Made by a program: the position numbers and the translations under genes. A stretch of 63,363 nt of DNA, filler included, from Craspedostauros australis (lineage: Eukaryota): the NCBI GenBank assembly GCA_030167865.1. It is 9 parts of 9 records of this genome, joined end to end, with 100 filler letters (N's around TTAATTAATTAA, not from the genome) between each part and the next. Parts side by side here need not be neighbours in the genome. Positions count along the whole stretch, not along the records: positions 15,346 to 27,021 come from JALAGF010002165.1; positions 27,122 to 33,899 come from JALAGF010002167.1; 7 more parts are not named here. One strand, written 5' to 3'. The notes beneath the pieces were generated by a model, which was not told the origin of the DNA, ran no database searches, and saw nothing but the letters and a program-made list of their open reading frames with translations. This document shows, piece after piece, positions 21,996-31,742 of this stretch. Positions within the stretch are counted from its first letter, which is position 1. Each line of letters opens with the position of its first letter.

Positions 21996-23435
21996 TCGTT
22001 CTCTCCTTCCTTTGTTGCTCTCTCCCATTTGTCGGACCATTCAATTTCTTCTTCACTGCTTTCTTCATCGTTGTCTCCTTTTGGGTCCTTCCTGTCTAGT
22101 GTGTTGCTCTCTGCAGTCTTGTTGTCTTCAGCCTTGTCCATTGGTGCAACCTTGCTTGATTGCTCTTCCATCTTGTCTTCTCCCTTCTTGCTTCCTTCTG
22201 CCTCTTTCTGCTCTTCCTTTTCCATGTCTTTGGTGTTTTTCATCTTCCCCTACTTCTTGCTCATCACCTTTCTGATTGCATCTTTGGATGATCCCATGTA
22301 TTGCTGTCCTGTTTTCTCTTCTTTCCCATTGATCCCTTCCTTCTCAATGCACTGCTTGCACACAACTGGGAATCCTCTTGGCATTGTTAGCCCTTCTTCT
22401 GGCTTGATCCACGCTCTACATTCCCTGTGTGCTGGCTCTCCACATGCAGTGCATCTAACTGCCACCACTGCCTTTCCTCATCCTTTGCAGTACTTTCCTG
22501 CTGCACACTCGACCTTGCGCACTCCTTGTCCTTGTTGTCCATCGTTCTTTTCCATTTCCGCACTGTTCTTTCTTCTGCTAAGCCCTCCTTTGGCCTCTCT
22601 CTCCCCTCTGTGTCCTCCTGTGGTTTTGTTGTTGGTTGCTCCTCTGATGTACACTTCTATCAGCATTTGCCCTGACGGTCATGTCATCTTGCTGCTTGGT
22701 GTCGTCATTGTTGGTTCGTTGCTTTACTAGTTAATTTTCTTGTCTGTTGTCTTTCTTTGATTTGTTTATTCGTGTTGTTTTGCTGTGACAATTTCTTCTG
22801 GAATTTTTGTTCCGTTTGGAAATTGTACACTGCTCCACTCATACTCTTTGCAAGGTGCGCGCACATGCTGTTGCGTAGCTACTTGGATCGCGGGTATGTT
22901 ACAACGACTCGTGCGTAGACATGGTACTTTTTCAGGCGTTCAATTGAGAACCACCCATCAACCAAGATCGACTCACCACCACAAACTCAGAAGAAACCAG
23001 AACCCCAACCAAAGAGCGAAGGACATCGAAGAAGAGATCTCATTTGCAACGGGCATGAGTGGATGCGCAAACCGATCTCACATCGACCATGGCCATCCAT
23101 CATTGATTGCTCCAGCAGCAAGGATACAGCGACGAGACACACCCGCACCTGTCAACGACAGCGCACGAGAATCCAAATTCCCAACGGTGCCATCTCGTGC
23201 AAGGGTCCTTTGGGACAACATCTTCGGACAGCTTGTCTGCGCCATCCATTCTTCCGATCCGCGTGAGAATTCTGCTAGAGCTTGGCTCCTGCTCGATTAC
23301 CCCACGCACTCAATCGCAGTACAAGCTATTGTGCGAGAAGGAGTGTTCTACTCTATACTCGTACATCCGATGCGTTTACATCGCAAGAACGCCGGCCGCC
23401 GATCTGCTGGATCCGCAAGGAGGAGATCTGCCTTC

Positions 23436-26384
23436 ATGAGGCGAGGTTCGCTTTCGACCATCAGCGGCTGTGCTGTGTTCGTGGCATCCGTCACGATGAT
23501 GACGAGCATGGCCACCATGGCAAGAAGCGTGGCTGCATGGCAAGGATCGCCGTTGCACACAACAGCAGCACGACGGCATCTCTTCGCCAACAAGATCTCG
23601 ATTCTCCATGGTGCGCAGCATTCCAGGCAGCAAACACTCATTCCTTCAGCTGCTGCTGTTGCTGCTGCTCGTTTGCCGTGGGGTGCGTCCCTCTTCCAAA
23701 CCGGAACCTCTAGCGATGCAGGCGGTGACAATGGAATAGCGGCGGTATCTGCATCTACGACGGCGTCAGGGACGAGCACTGCCACCACGAACCGAGTCCC
23801 GACCAACCAAGAAATCGTGGAGCGTCGGTTGGATGCAATCAAAGAAAAGCGGTTGGCCCGTCAGCAATCTTCGACGCAACGTCGTGAGCGCAACCTGCAT
23901 CTCAAAAGGTTGCTACACACGCAATCAGGTGGTGCTGATTACGCTGTCCCTCCCCTGTACGCCGTCAAGGTGTGGGTCGCAGATGGCTTTCGCGATGAAT
24001 TGAAATTGACGGGACGGGAAAAGCGTGGCAGGGTATTCTTGGAACGCAGCAAGGTCCAGACCTTCCATGATCTCAAGGGTGAGATGCATGCTTTCTTCCG
24101 TGCCTTGCGCAAGGATACGTACCTGCTGGAGGCTAGCTTGCCGGTCGTCACGGAAGAGGGCACCATCCTGTCGCCGTCGGAATATGATGACGATGCGACC
24201 GAATCATGGCCGATTCGTACCGATGCGGACGTCGCGCGGGCGTTCCGGGCAGCAGATGACCTCTTCCAATCGAACACGACCAACTTGGTGCGTCCATCGA
24301 TGGTCATTTCCGTCCTGGAGAATCCGGATGCTCCCAAACCTCCACCGATTCCATCGTATTTGGTGGATCTGCCCGATCCACAAGATGCCGAAACCATGAC
24401 GATGATCTCCTTCTACAGCTTCCCACCGAACGGTGGCATCGACGACCCCGAGCAGTTTGCGGCACAGCTACGCAAGACATGGAAGCCATTCCATGCCCTC
24501 GGACGTGTTTACGTGGCGCACGAAGGCGTCAATGCGCAGATGAGCATCCCATCGAACGTGCTGGACAACTTCATGGAATGCTGCCGATCCATACCGGAGC
24601 TCGAACACATGGAGAATGACATCAACATCGATCCTAAACCATTGACTATGGAAGAGTTCGCAGTGGCTGGCGTTCCCAACCGTGGCAAACCAGCGCCGCC
24701 GTTCCGCAATTTGCACGTTCGGGTGCGTCATCAGGTGGTCGCGGATGGGTTGGACAAGTCTTTGGATTGGCAGTCGGCCGGGTACGATATGCCGCCGCTG
24801 GAGTGGCATGAGACTCTGAAGCAGGCGAGCCAACGCGCGAATGAAAAATCTGGCTCGAATGCAACCGCGAGTGCGGACGCTTTGGACGCCCCGCCCATTG
24901 TGCTGGACTGCCGCAACACGTACGAAACGGATGTCGGTATTTTCGATGGAGCCGAGCCGCTGAACACTGACAACTTCCGAGATTCATGGGATGTCCTGAA
25001 GGAACGGCTGGCGGATACACCGAAAGATGCCCCTATCATGACGTACTGCACGGGCGGCATCCGCTGCGTCAAGGTGGGAGCCTACCTGACGCAGGAGATG
25101 GGCTTCACCAACGTGTCGCGATTGGCGGGTGGCATCATCGCCTACGACCGCACGGTCTCGCAGGAGGTTCCAGACGAAGAATCCATGTTCAAGGGCACGA
25201 ACTTCGTCTTCGATGGTCGGCTGGGCCGCAGCATCACAGATGATTCCCTCGCCGTTTGCATCACATGCGGCGGGCAGACTTCGTTGGTGAGCAACTGTCG
25301 CAATGACAATTGCCACAAGCGCATGGTCCAGTGCGAGCGCTGCCGCACAGACTTCATGGGCACATGCTCCGACGCATGCCGCACCCGCGTCATTAACGGT
25401 GCCATGGCTCCACGTCGTGGGACGCCAGGTGGCGGCGTTTCCGGTGAGGAAGACGATTCGCAAGATCTGGATTCTTCCAGCGGCGAGACAATATCCACAA
25501 CAACGTACGATTCCATCGACGACTACAGCATCGGCCATTCCACGTCTGCGCCATGCTTGTTCTCTGAAATGGAGCTCAACACGAGAGCCTTCTTTCCTTC
25601 GGGTGCCCACATGGTGTCCGGCGAATCGCAAGGACGGTTTCTGACCCAGCTCACCGCCATGGCACGCGAAGGCCGCGTGCTGGAATTGGGAACGTTCAGC
25701 GGATACGCGACGGCGTGCTTTTGGGAAGGTGCGCGCGATGCCGGTGCCGCGATGCAAACCACAGGAAACAAGGATCATGGTCCGTACATTTTGACGATGG
25801 AACGGGATCGACGCGCCTTTCAGCTGGCCCATGCGCAGCTGAAGGTGATTGGTGAGCAGGGCATGGAGGGCGCTGCGAAGGAGATGGCAGCTTTGCGTGA
25901 TGATCCTTCGTCGCTGCCGGAGTTGCAAGACACCAAGATCACGCTGCCGCCGTTGGATGGCGTTGCTGCATGCGATATGTGGCATGTGACGGATGCCCTT
26001 GCCACCGTCGAAGAATTGGCCGCGGGCAAAGGTGGGGATGACCAACCCGCACCATTCGACATTGTCTTTGTCGATGCCGACAAAACGCGGCTGTTGGATT
26101 ACGTCGAGGCCTGCCTGGCCAACGACAACGTGCTGAAGAAGGGTGGCATGATTTTGGTCGACAACGTACTGTGGAAAGGCCTCGTGCTGGAGGCAAGCCA
26201 GGGAAGCTTCACCTCCGTCGCGGACACGCACGATGCCGGGAAGGAAGAGCTGCGCAAGAATCGACGCGCGCGTAAACTGGCAACGCAGATGCATCGATTC
26301 AACGAGGCCATCGCCAAAGATGAACGGGTGGATGTGCAATTGTTTCCCATCCGCGATGGTCTCAGCATGATACGGAAGAAGTAG
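23436..26384 (+). CDS. Fusion of TrhO/UPF0176 rhodanese (tRNA U34 hydroxylase family) and class I cation-dependent O-methyltransferase (CCoAOMT/TrmR-like); putative plastid presequence
   Basis: TrhO motifs ISFYSF, LGRVYVAHEGVNAQMS, LDCRNTYETDVGIFDGA, YCTGGIRC (Cys codon at 25047), FKGTNFVFDGR and a Cys-rich tail. OMT motifs VLELGTFSGY, FDIVFVDADK, GGMILVDNVLWKG, PIRDGL. Start is ATG 23436 or 23370. Hydrophobic leader ends SVAA-W. Confidence 0.88.
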   Translation: MRRGSLSTISGCAVFVASVTMMTSMATMARSVAAWQGSPLHTTAARRHLFANKISILHGAQHSRQQTLIPSAAAVAAARLPWGASLFQTGTSSDAGGDNGIAAVSASTTASGTSTATTNRVPTNQEIVERRLDAIKEKRLARQQSSTQRRERNLHLKRLLHTQSGGADYAVPPLYAVKVWVADGFRDELKLTGREKRGRVFLERSKVQTFHDLKGEMHAFFRALRKDTYLLEASLPVVTEEGTILSPSEYDDDATESWPIRTDADVARAFRAADDLFQSNTTNLVRPSMVISVLENPDAPKPPPIPSYLVDLPDPQDAETMTMISFYSFPPNGGIDDPEQFAAQLRKTWKPFHALGRVYVAHEGVNAQMSIPSNVLDNFMECCRSIPELEHMENDINIDPKPLTMEEFAVAGVPNRGKPAPPFRNLHVRVRHQVVADGLDKSLDWQSAGYDMPPLEWHETLKQASQRANEKSGSNATASADALDAPPIVLDCRNTYETDVGIFDGAEPLNTDNFRDSWDVLKERLADTPKDAPIMTYCTGGIRCVKVGAYLTQEMGFTNVSRLAGGIIAYDRTVSQEVPDEESMFKGTNFVFDGRLGRSITDDSLAVCITCGGQTSLVSNCRNDNCHKRMVQCERCRTDFMGTCSDACRTRVINGAMAPRRGTPGGGVSGEEDDSQDLDSSSGETISTTTYDSIDDYSIGHSTSAPCLFSEMELNTRAFFPSGAHMVSGESQGRFLTQLTAMAREGRVLELGTFSGYATACFWEGARDAGAAMQTTGNKDHGPYILTMERDRRAFQLAHAQLKVIGEQGMEGAAKEMAALRDDPSSLPELQDTKITLPPLDGVAACDMWHVTDALATVEELAAGKGGDDQPAPFDIVFVDADKTRLLDYVEACLANDNVLKKGGMILVDNVLWKGLVLEASQGSFTSVADTHDAGKEELRKNRRARKLATQMHRFNEAIAKDERVDVQLFPIRDGLSMIRKK

Positions 26385-26826
26385 GTTGGCACGGAAGATG
26401 CGACAGTAGGTATTATATAATAATATTTAGTTTAGGCAACATTAGAATTGGTACGTTGAGTTGTTTTGGTTCGTGGCTACACTCGCTCCGTAGATACGAG
26501 TTGAGTGGGCTCGGGCACGTGTCGCGGAAGCGAAGGCAATGACACGAATCCTTCCCATTGGCTGTTGTTGTGATGGTGCAGAATCCGCGCAGAAAAGAAC
26601 GTTCGAGAAGGAACATGGATCCTGGCCCATGATGACACATGAAATGGAAGCAACAGGGACACCCAACATTTTGTCCAGAAGATCCATCTTGAACGTGATT
26701 GAAAGTTTTCGACATGACATTTTCTCTCTTTTGACAGAACTGATCGAGAAAACGATAGTGTTGCTCATTTTTACTAGTTTCCAAAATTTGNNNNNNNNNN
26801 NNNNNNNNNNNNNNNNNNNNNNNNNN

Positions 26827-26965
26827 GAGTGAGACAAAGTTGGACAAAGTCAGACAAAGTTGGACAGAGTGAGACAAAGTTGGACAGAACTCGGCAAAAA
26901 TGGACAATAGCAAATCGACTTTGACAAAATTGGACACAATTGGACAAAGTTGGGCAAAGTCATCC
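26827..26965. repeat. 10-bp tandem repeat (GACAAAGTTG-like), probably subterminal to a non-autonomous DNA transposon
   Basis: gagacaaagt/tggacaaagt/cagacaaagt periodicity next to a gap and a contig end. Confidence 0.75.
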
Positions 26966-27121
26966 AAACACAGACATGAGCCAAGCACACGTGTAAACAA
27001 AAATGACTACGGAGACAAGTGNNNNNNNNNNNNNNNNNNNNNNNNNNNNNNNNNNNNNNNNNNNNTTAATTAATTAANNNNNNNNNNNNNNNNNNNNNNN
27101 NNNNNNNNNNNNNNNNNNNNN

Positions 27122-27233
27122 GCTGTCCTCCTGCTTGTGGTGGTTGCTGTGCTGCCTGTGGTTGTGCAGCTGCTTGTCCTGCAGGTGCGGTTGCGGCTGT
27201 GGCGTTGTTGGGTTGGTTGCCTTGATCCGCCAT
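27122..27233 (-). CDS. N-terminal fragment of an unknown ORF (possibly retroelement gag), truncated by the contig end
   Basis: MADQGNQPNNATAATAPAGQAAAQPQ preceded by a CAA-rich 5' leader. No diagnostic motif. Confidence 0.3.
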
Positions 27234-28019
27234 GGTCGCTCTTCGAGTTTCGTTGTTGTTGTTGTTGGTTTTGGTGCGTGCGACCAAACCAAACGATCAG
27301 AGCGCGTGTTTCACGTTGCGCAGAGGAAGCGTGTGCAGGTTTTTCACGTGACCGGAGGTGTTGGGGGGTGAAACCTGTCTGTTCTGAAAAATTATGACTG
27401 TGCGGAGCGGTCATTTGCTCAACGTGGATCCTACNCGTGGTTTGTGCGGTATCGTCTGTCCATCGACACTCATTGTTCGGATTCGGCCAGATTCGGGAAT
27501 TGGCACTAAATCTGCACACCACTGGGAACGAACGAATCTTCTGTTTGCAATCCACCCGGATCTTCTGGTGATGTATCCGCGCCTTGACGCTTCTGTTGTT
27601 GTTGCTGTTGTTGCATCGATCCTTCGGATACGTGTTTATCTTTGTTTATGATTTTATTAATAGTATGTGCTGTTTGGTTTTCTTTTTTCTTGCTTGGGGG
27701 TTTCTATTCTACATTGATGGTACGGTTGCATGGTATTATATTTGTGGTTTTGACAACATGTTGTGTGATGGGAGCGTTCGAGTTGGTACTCGTATTTGGA
27801 TTGGGAGGAGGGAGCTTGACGAAGCACTTGCTTTGGTGAGATGATGGATGCCACGAAGCAAGTTGGAAAATCGTCCCTGTTTGCTGATCGTGTTCGACTC
27901 CGCTGCATGCCATTCCTGCTTTGGCAATAAGACCCATGAACAGGACGGGGCGTTGCTGGGGATGTTCGGACGTGAATCATGCCCACGCTGCACTGCAGTG
28001 GACGCAGCAACAACAGAGA

Positions 28020-29141
28020 TCATAGGAGAGTTGCCTCATCCTCATCCTCCTGCCCTTGCTGTCTCGCGAGCCTCCGACTGAGGACGGTGTAGGCCCGGTA
28101 CGCCTTGGCGATGAGGTCGGGACTGCGGACACCGGCCTTGCGCAGATACTTCTGCATGGCGAGGGTGATGGCCTGCGACTTGCGCACGCGGATCTTGTGC
28201 TGGCGGTTGAAGATGACGTTCTCCAATCCCCTGGAGCAAAAGTCGTCGTCGTCCGTGAGCCTCTCCCCCACCCCCGTCTTGACGAGGAAGACGGTGTAGT
28301 CGATCGTCTTCTTCGTGCGTTGGATTTCGTGCTGCGACGTCCACATCTTCGACATCTCTTCGCGCGTGAGTTCCGAGTAGTGCGGGATGGCCCGGATCCG
28401 CGTCTTCTTTGCGAAGCTGACCGACTTGTTGACGGCGATCTCAGTGTCCGCGCCAGGAAGCCCTTCAGGGGCTCCACCGGCAGTTGCACTGGCGGAAGTT
28501 GGCTCCGGCGTGTCATTGGACTCGAGAGCTTCGCCATCGTTGTTCTTTGACAGTCCTATCGACGCTGACGTTGATTCTAATGATGGCGATGATGATGTTG
28601 CTGATGGGACATCGATAGCCGCAGGTTTGGAATCGCCATCCATGTCCTCGCACCGACTACCGGTTGAGCTGACGCTGCTGTCTTCTGAGACCACGGCTGC
28701 GGGCGTGGGTAAGCCGCCTTCGCGTTGCCCACGTCCTTGCGATGATGCGTTTTGCGACTGCGGATGGGTCTCGTCGTGTTGGCGATCGCCGTTGGCATCA
28801 TCTTCGTCATCGCCGTCATTGTCAGAAGCATCGTCTTCATCATCATCATCATCCACACAAAAGCGCATCTCCACATCGTTGGATGTTCGGCGCGCCATGG
28901 CGGCCGTCGCTGTGCGTACAAGCGCTTTCGCGGTCTTGACGGTGGTGTAGACAACGTCGTCCATCGGTTCACCGAGGAATAGATCAGCAGCAGCAGCAGC
29001 AGCCACACGCGATGGCAACAAATGCGGCGTGCGGCGCCCGGAGGCGAAGCAATCGTGAAGAATGCCTTCGCCGGTCGTTGCGACTTCGCCGACTGTGCTG
29101 CTGCTGCTGACCGGGGTGGGTGCCATCGTGAGGCTTGTCAT
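28020..29141 (-). CDS. Hypothetical protein of the RVxF/'CxRGLE' type
   Basis: KSVSFAKKTRIRAIPHYSELTREEMSKMW...DDFCSRGLENV. GC3-rich codon pattern. Start inferred at MTSLTMAP. Confidence 0.8.
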   Translation of the reverse strand: MTSLTMAPTPVSSSSTVGEVATTGEGILHDCFASGRRTPHLLPSRVAAAAAADLFLGEPMDDVVYTTVKTAKALVRTATAAMARRTSNDVEMRFCVDDDDDEDDASDNDGDDEDDANGDRQHDETHPQSQNASSQGRGQREGGLPTPAAVVSEDSSVSSTGSRCEDMDGDSKPAAIDVPSATSSSPSLESTSASIGLSKNNDGEALESNDTPEPTSASATAGGAPEGLPGADTEIAVNKSVSFAKKTRIRAIPHYSELTREEMSKMWTSQHEIQRTKKTIDYTVFLVKTGVGERLTDDDDFCSRGLENVIFNRQHKIRVRKSQAITLAMQKYLRKAGVRSPDLIAKAYRAYTVLSRRLARQQGQEDEDEATLL

Positions 29142-31094
29142 GAGTTGGTGGGCATGCGGTCTTTGTTGTTGTTGTTGTTGTTGTTGTTGAGGTATTGTTG
29201 TCGCTGATGTGGGTTTGTCTGTGGGTATGTGTGTGGAGGCGTGATTGTGTTTGTGATTGTATTTGTGATTGTGCCTGTGTTTGGGTGATCGTGGGTCGCA
29301 GTTTGCACAGCTGGTTTTTGGTCTTCGTTGTTCTGTATGACAGGTCTTTGCCTGTTGTGTTGTGCCTCTCTGAGGTCGATTTTGGTGCTGTGTGACCAAC
29401 TGTCTTTGTTGTGAACGTTGTGGACGTTGTTGAGGTTGTTGCGGTTAGGGGTGCTACGAAGACTGTCGGAAGGCTGTTGATCGCGATTGTGGTTGTGATT
29501 GTTGTGGGTGGGGCGTTGTTATGAATGCAACTGCAGCGCTGTTGCTGTTGTGAGTCTGTGACTTTGTGGTGCCTCCAGTTGTGCTGATTTCAGTGTTCTT
29601 GTCGGCGCAATGGATGGATGCAAGGTCTGATACAAGGGATGGCAGGTGGAAGGGATGGATGGTGGTCCTCAGTTCCTCTCCATTGGCATTCTCTTGCGTT
29701 GTGGACTTCCTATTCTGCTTGTCTCTCTCCTCCCTCTTGGCTTGCCTGTTGGGAATGATGCCTCACGTTTCGCACAAGAAACCACCACGCAGAACAAAAA
29801 CAAGAAAACGACGATGGCTGAAGCGGTTCGAGGAAACACGCAGAAGCTTCTGGCGATGCGGCACGAGCTACGAATACGAGTCCAGTACTTGCACAATGGT
29901 GTACTAGGGGCACGCTCCCGCTCTTGTTCAAACATCAATACTCCGCCTCACAGTGCGAATCCCCACCTCGGGCCCAGCACGCTACGCAACACGATAAACT
30001 GTCACTCTTCTCGTTCGGAAACCAGCTGCGGAAGCGCCGGTCAAAACAGGAAGCGCAGATTCCTTCCGCGTTTCTGCGTGTGCTTCGTTCTCTCCACGAC
30101 GCGTGTTTCGAAGCCAAACCGTGGCCGTTATCTCTGCGCCTCACGCATGCAGAAATTCTGATTGACCGAAGGAATCTCCACGCAGAATCTCATTTGACAC
30201 CGCCACAAATGGTCGAGCTCGACTTTTGCATTTCAATCGGAACTCGAACGGCAACGTGGTATCCTCAATCCCGCACGACTACCAAACATCCGGGTATGCA
30301 TTGACTCGTGCATGCAGAACGCATTCGCGTGATTGATCAAACGGGACAAGAAAGGACAAGACACGTTTGGAAACTGACACAATTCATCATTGATAGCGTC
30401 TGACATGCATTACGTTTCTTGGTTTGTTGTGAGACCCGGAGGTTTCGACATGGCGCATCTGGTCTTGATTTTTGTTGTAAACCACAAAAAGCGGCGATTG
30501 TCTCACTCAACGACTCTCCCCATCAACACACACACAAGCCCAAGGAGGCAAACGAGGGAGAATGTTGTAGAGCGGGGTGGAGTAGCTCGCAGAGCATGCC
30601 ACTCTCCAGAATATGTTTGGATGTATTCTATGGATGAGTGTGATGCTGTTGCTGTTGGTGTGATTGGCTGGTCGAAATGAACAACAGATGATGGAGGCGC
30701 GTACATGGATAGAGTGCGTGAGGCAGAGTCGCACTCTACCCTGTTCTGCTCTGCTGAACTCTACTGGTATTGGTGAGTTCCCGCAAGGGATGATGCGGAT
30801 GCTCTATCTGCTATTATCCTACTCTACGAGCCTGCTGGAATGCAAGTGCTCTCTCTCTCTCTTTCTCTGGAGTAGAGAATTTCCACTGGATGCGATGATA
30901 CTACTACAGATGAATTGGAGCTGTCTGTTGCTATTGTTTGCTGTGATTGTGTGTTAAGGTTTAAGGTTTGGAATATGTTGTATAATAGTATGGTTTTGAA
31001 TGATGTGTTGTGTTGTGTTATGATATGTGGAAGCCGACATCCATGCATGTGAATGCACGTGAATGTGCGACGGATAGAGTAGGGTGAGGTGCGC

Positions 31095-31742
31095 TCACTG
31101 CTCCCAGATGGCGCGTACCTCGGCCTCGTCTTCGATAGCGATCTCGACGGCGACCTGATGGGCAACCTCCGACACCTCGGCGAGCCATTCAGCGAGCCTC
31201 TCGCTCAGCACCTCTGGCTCCTCCAGGAGGTCATCGAACTCGTCCTGGATCTGCTGCATGCCTTCGTTCACCTCGCGTCTGTGCTCGTTGTACATGCTGA
31301 CGTACTCCTCGGTGTATGGCTCCAGACCGCGGGTGCAGATGCCGTCCTCCTCCTCGGAGGGGTACATGTCGCAGTCCATCAAGGCCACGATGTCCATGCA
31401 GGCCGTGCGGTTGCGGCGCTCCTCGCAGCGGCTGGACCAGATCTGCGCCTTCTCTTCCTCGCTGTACTCGGAGGCGTGTGGGATCTCGTGGATCTCGGTG
31501 GCGGAAACATCGAACGACACGCGCTTGTAGACGCAGCGCTTGTTGGAGCGGCGGCTGCTGTGGCGGTCCTGCGATGTGGAGGACTCGGCAGCGGAGGTTG
31601 GCGTGGTCACGTCCACCGGGCTCTGCGGGAGGGCCTTTGGCAGGTTCTTCACCAGCGGCGAGTTCGGTGCTGTGGCGAAGAAGGTGGTGACATCGCTGAA
31701 GCTATCGTCATGGTCGCGAATGTATGCTGCTTGTGGAGACAT
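31095..31742 (-). CDS. Hypothetical protein, same family as 28020-29141
   Basis: KRVSFDVSATEIHEIPHASEYSEEEKAQIW...GICTRGLEPY. Start inferred at MSPQAAY. Confidence 0.8.
   Translation of the reverse strand: MSPQAAYIRDHDDSFSDVTTFFATAPNSPLVKNLPKALPQSPVDVTTPTSAAESSTSQDRHSSRRSNKRCVYKRVSFDVSATEIHEIPHASEYSEEEKAQIWSSRCEERRNRTACMDIVALMDCDMYPSEEEDGICTRGLEPYTEEYVSMYNEHRREVNEGMQQIQDEFDDLLEEPEVLSERLAEWLAEVSEVAHQVAVEIAIEDEAEVRAIWEQ

Larger units (their letters stand above)
17987..22708 (-). mobile_element. Degenerate non-LTR retrotransposon (Ambal-like): ORF1 with N-terminal PHD-like finger, plus APE endonuclease relic; interrupted by nested insertions
   Basis: ORF1 from ATG 22708 with CAAGKYC..CTACGEPAHREC..CKQC. 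Central ORF1 MLGWLLYST..LHVES..FPLGV*MR. Endonuclease relic INGIFAS..DHRCLWID at 18250-17987. Many stops and frameshifts. Confidence 0.7.

Noticed and set aside
22785..23369. N-terminal 195 aa of the 1199-aa ORF call
   Set aside because: The call uses a GTG start. The sequence looks like promoter or 5' UTR, and the targeting leader begins at ATG 23370/23436. An in-frame ATG upstream cannot be fully excluded.
24984..26339. Long antisense ORFs (also 4744-5799, 6826-7695, 1279-1965)
   Set aside because: Shadows of GC3-rich sense genes with no motifs of their own.
19940..26384. Functional link between the tRNA-like cassette and the neighbouring tRNA-modifying gene
   Set aside because: The cassette is a TSD-flanked insertion inside a dead LINE, while the enzyme appears organelle-targeted. 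The proximity is probably chance.
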